NCBI GenBank assembly: GCA_964016885.1
Contig: OZ024745.1
Span: 134,478,001 to 134,542,000, forward strand
Origin: Eledone cirrhosa
Lineage: Eukaryota
Direction: 5' to 3'
Length of the DNA: 64,000 nt
Within the stretch, counting starts at the first letter, position 1. The number at the start of each line of letters is the position of its first letter. Below the pieces are notes generated by a model. That model was not told the DNA's origin and made no database searches. It saw nothing but the letters and a program-made list of their open reading frames with translations. Positions 59,869 through 64,000 of the stretch are shown here, in pieces. Made by a program: the position numbers and the translations under genes.

Positions 59869-60499
59869 TACGATATTAAATAAATGGAAACTATATTTAT
59901 AAAACCATATTTATTTCATTATATATATTTCAGGGATATCATATTAACAATATGTTATGCCTTCCTCAGACAAAATACAATATAGACAGTTTTATAGATA
60001 AATAGATTTGACATACCGTTCAACATCGACTTGTATTTGAGAAATACTAGAGCTAAATAAATAAATAAATAAATAAATGTATCATTGATACGTTCCAACT
60101 ACCTACTTTTCTCTATATATATCTATCTCTATCTATTTCCTCTCTCTATATATATATCTCTCTCTGTTTCTTTACATGAAGTTCTTCTCTTTATCTATCT
60201 TTCCATCTCTCTATTTTGTTACATGCATTTCTTCTTTTTCTTCTTTTTCTTCATTTTCTTTCTTTCTTTCCTTCTTTCTCTCTTTCTTTCTTTCTGTTTA
60301 CAATTTTTCACTGCCAAATCAACTTTCTCAAATACAAGTCGATGTTGAACGGTATGTCAAATCTATTTATCTATAAAACTGTCTATATTGTATTTTGTCT
60401 GAGGAAGGCATAACATATTGTTAATATGATATCCCTGAAATATATATAATGAAATAAATATGGTTTTATAAATATAGTTTCCATTTATTTAATATCGTA
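59869..60499. repeat. 176-bp apparently perfect inverted repeat (59869-60044 / 60324-60499), with a diverged third copy at ~59460-59585
   Basis: Direct reverse-complement comparison. Confidence 0.9.
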
Positions 60500-60583
60500 A
60501 ATATACTCCAAATACTTGTTGAGTGCTTTTATATCAGTTATAAATATTTACTAGTTGTAACCCAACAATTTAAATATAACTTT

Positions 60584-61521
<938 letters not shown>

Positions 61522-61721
61522 NNNNNNNNNNNNNNNNNNNNNNNNNNNNNNNNNNNNNNNNNNNNNNNNNNNNNNNNNNNNNNNNNNNNNNNNNNNNNNN
61601 NNNNNNNNNNNNNNNNNNNNNNNNNNNNNNNNNNNNNNNNNNNNNNNNNNNNNNNNNNNNNNNNNNNNNNNNNNNNNNNNNNNNNNNNNNNNNNNNNNNN
61701 NNNNNNNNNNNNNNNNNNNNN
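61522..61721. other. Assembly gap (200 N)
   Basis: N run. Confidence 0.99.
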
Positions 61722-63180
61722 ACTGTTGTTGATTGTATAACCAAACTTAAGAGAATTTAAACAAAAAGCAAAGCTGTAATGGATAATTTCGTTGCTATTT
61801 CTAGCAGGTAGAGAGACTACGTAAAGATTTTCTTATAGATATATAATTGATATTTTACTGGGCGATACGTTTTGATTCACCATCAATTAGATACGAATGG
61901 AATTGTGTCTGAATATATTAAATTATTCAGGAACTTTTAATGTATGACACCGGTAAGAGAGGTGAAACTGTGTCAACGACACCGCGTACCTGCTGTCTTC
62001 ATTACAACTTTAATTAATCTAATTATATCTTGTGTCACAATTATATATATATATATATACACACACAAAACACAATTTTCTTTCCACGACGTCAGTCTTA
62101 CACTGTCATATCCATTTTTACTTTACAATTGTGTCTACTAAGAATTCTATTACAACAACGAATATTTCACCAGAACATCTGCTATCAGTCATTTATGGAC
62201 AATATATATTTTAGACCACATATCAACCAAATATATACATTTTTCTTATCAAATATTTGACTAAAGACATAAAGTCAGCCTCACTATTTCATTCTGACAA
62301 GATATAAATTTATGACTAAAGATGAAGAAGATACACCAACGTTAATGTCGTGAAATAAAGCCGGTAGCATCTTTGAAACTTCTAATTTGACAACAAAGAG
62401 ATTATTTTTTAGGTTGTTTAGTAAAAACTAACAACACAACACACTGATTATATGTGAAGAAGGTAAGTTGACAAAGATTTACTTGAAGTCTATAATAATG
62501 TATGGTTTAAGCTGTGTTTTATAAATAAATATTACATCACACACGGTTGTATGATGTAATATTGTTTCTACTTTAGCCACAAGGCCAGCACATACTCAGT
62601 GCATTACTGGTACTTTATTTTATCGACCTCGTAAGGATGAAAGGCAAAGTCAACCTCGGTGGGATTTGAACTCAGATCGTAAAGGGACGTAACTATGCTG
62701 GAAAGCATGGTGTCTGACCCTCCACCGATACTGCCAGTAATATTAATAACAAATTAGAAACTAGTCATTTTTCAATTAAAGGTTTACATTTAGAGTTTAT
62801 CGATATAAAAATATTTAATATTTTCAAGGTATTTCAACAATTTTTATTATTATTACGTTTTTTCACTAATTTATTATGTTTTATTTTTTAAATATTTCTG
62901 ACTAACTTTTCTAATTTTTGTGTTATAAAACGTCTAAAATCGTTATTCATACCAAGCAAGAAAATATAAGTTACATATACAAATAAGATTATATAAACAC
63001 GTAAAAAATATACATTATATATATTTTATCCTATACATTATCTTGTAGTTGCCCGCGTTAAATTATTATTTTCTGTTTTTTTAATGTAATTAAGTAAGAA
63101 AGTTATTATTAATTATATTTTAAATTGTTTAATTTTTTTTAAATTGTTTAATTTTTTTTTATAAAAAAAAAATGATTTTA

Positions 63181-63560
63181 AGAAAAGTAAATCGGAAGGT
63201 ATCGAGGTCAGTGGGTTGTTGGTATGATGGAGCGAGATACCAATGTGACAATGATGGTACCTGTGGACCAACGAGATGTAGTGACCCTTTTACCCATCAT
63301 TGTTCAGTACGTTTGTCCAGGTCCTCGCATTGTAACCGATGGTAGTGATACAATGCCCTCCCACAACATACAGTTGTAAACCATCGTTACAACTTTCTAG
63401 ACCCCAAACGACCCCACAATCCACACAAACCGTGTGAAAGACAGCTGGGGGCTTTGCAAAGTCAAATTCTCTGCCATGAGAGGAACAAACGAGGCACTTT
63501 TCGGCACTCACCTTCAGGAGTTCCTTTGGTGCCGCGCTATTAACAAAAAAACATCTTCGA
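63181..63560 (+). mobile_element. Merlin (IS1595/ISXO2-like DDE) transposase remnant
   Basis: GQWVVGMMER..VDQRDVVTLLPIIVQYVCPGPRIVTDG..YNAL..HTVVNHRYNF..IHTNRVKDSW..HLQEFLWCR, with frameshifts. Confidence 0.8.
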
Positions 63561-64000
63561 CAATATTCAATATTGGATACGACATTATTATGATGTATAA
63601 TCAGGGCGGTGGATTGTCAGTATCAGTAGAGGGTCGGACACTGGGTCGATAGAATAAAGTACCAGTAATACACTGGGTAATTTGCTTGCCTTGTGCCAAA
63701 AGTAGAAACAATTATTATGATGTATAATAGACACTTTTGAATATTATAATTTATGTTTAAAAAAAAAAAATAAAAAAAGTAAATAATTTGAAATATAATT
63801 AATTGTTTCTACTTTTGACACAAGGCCAGCAATTATCCCAGTGTATTACCCCGTAAGGATGAAAGGTAAAGTTAACCTCGGCGGGATTTGAACTCAGACC
63901 ATAAAGAGCCGTAACTCTTTGCTGCAAAGCATGGCGTCTGACCCTCTACCGATACTGCCAATCCACCAACTTTCTTACTAAATTACATTTTAAAAAACCC

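Overview
AT-rich eukaryotic (animal) genomic DNA, most likely an octopod cephalopod. The taxon is inferred from [17 protein letters not shown]-type zinc fingers, RTE-tailed tRNA SINEs and very long (TA)n tracts. The window holds one complete host gene, EFL1 (elongation factor-like GTPase 1 / EFTUD1 / Ria1; 60S maturation, eIF6 release). It is on the + strand with 21 coding exons from 6020 to 51026 (1086 aa); all junctions are GT-AG and phase-consistent. The rest is mostly transposon-derived: RTE, CRE and CR1 LINEs, SINEs, mariner/Tc1, hAT, Merlin, TTAA MITEs, Helitrons, solo LTRs, minisatellites and a C2H2-ZNF pseudogene. The most notable structure is in EFL1 intron 10. A mariner-derived element is split at an A|T site by a 5.9 kb TC...hairpin-CTAG Helitron unit. 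That unit contains a SINE and a nearly intact RTE LINE with a single homopolymer frameshift, and the LINE's reverse transcriptase carries an internal C4HC3 PHD-type finger. A near-perfect 103 bp palindrome within nested inverted repeats lies near the assembly gap at 61522-61721. No prokaryotic systems (CRISPR etc.) are supported.
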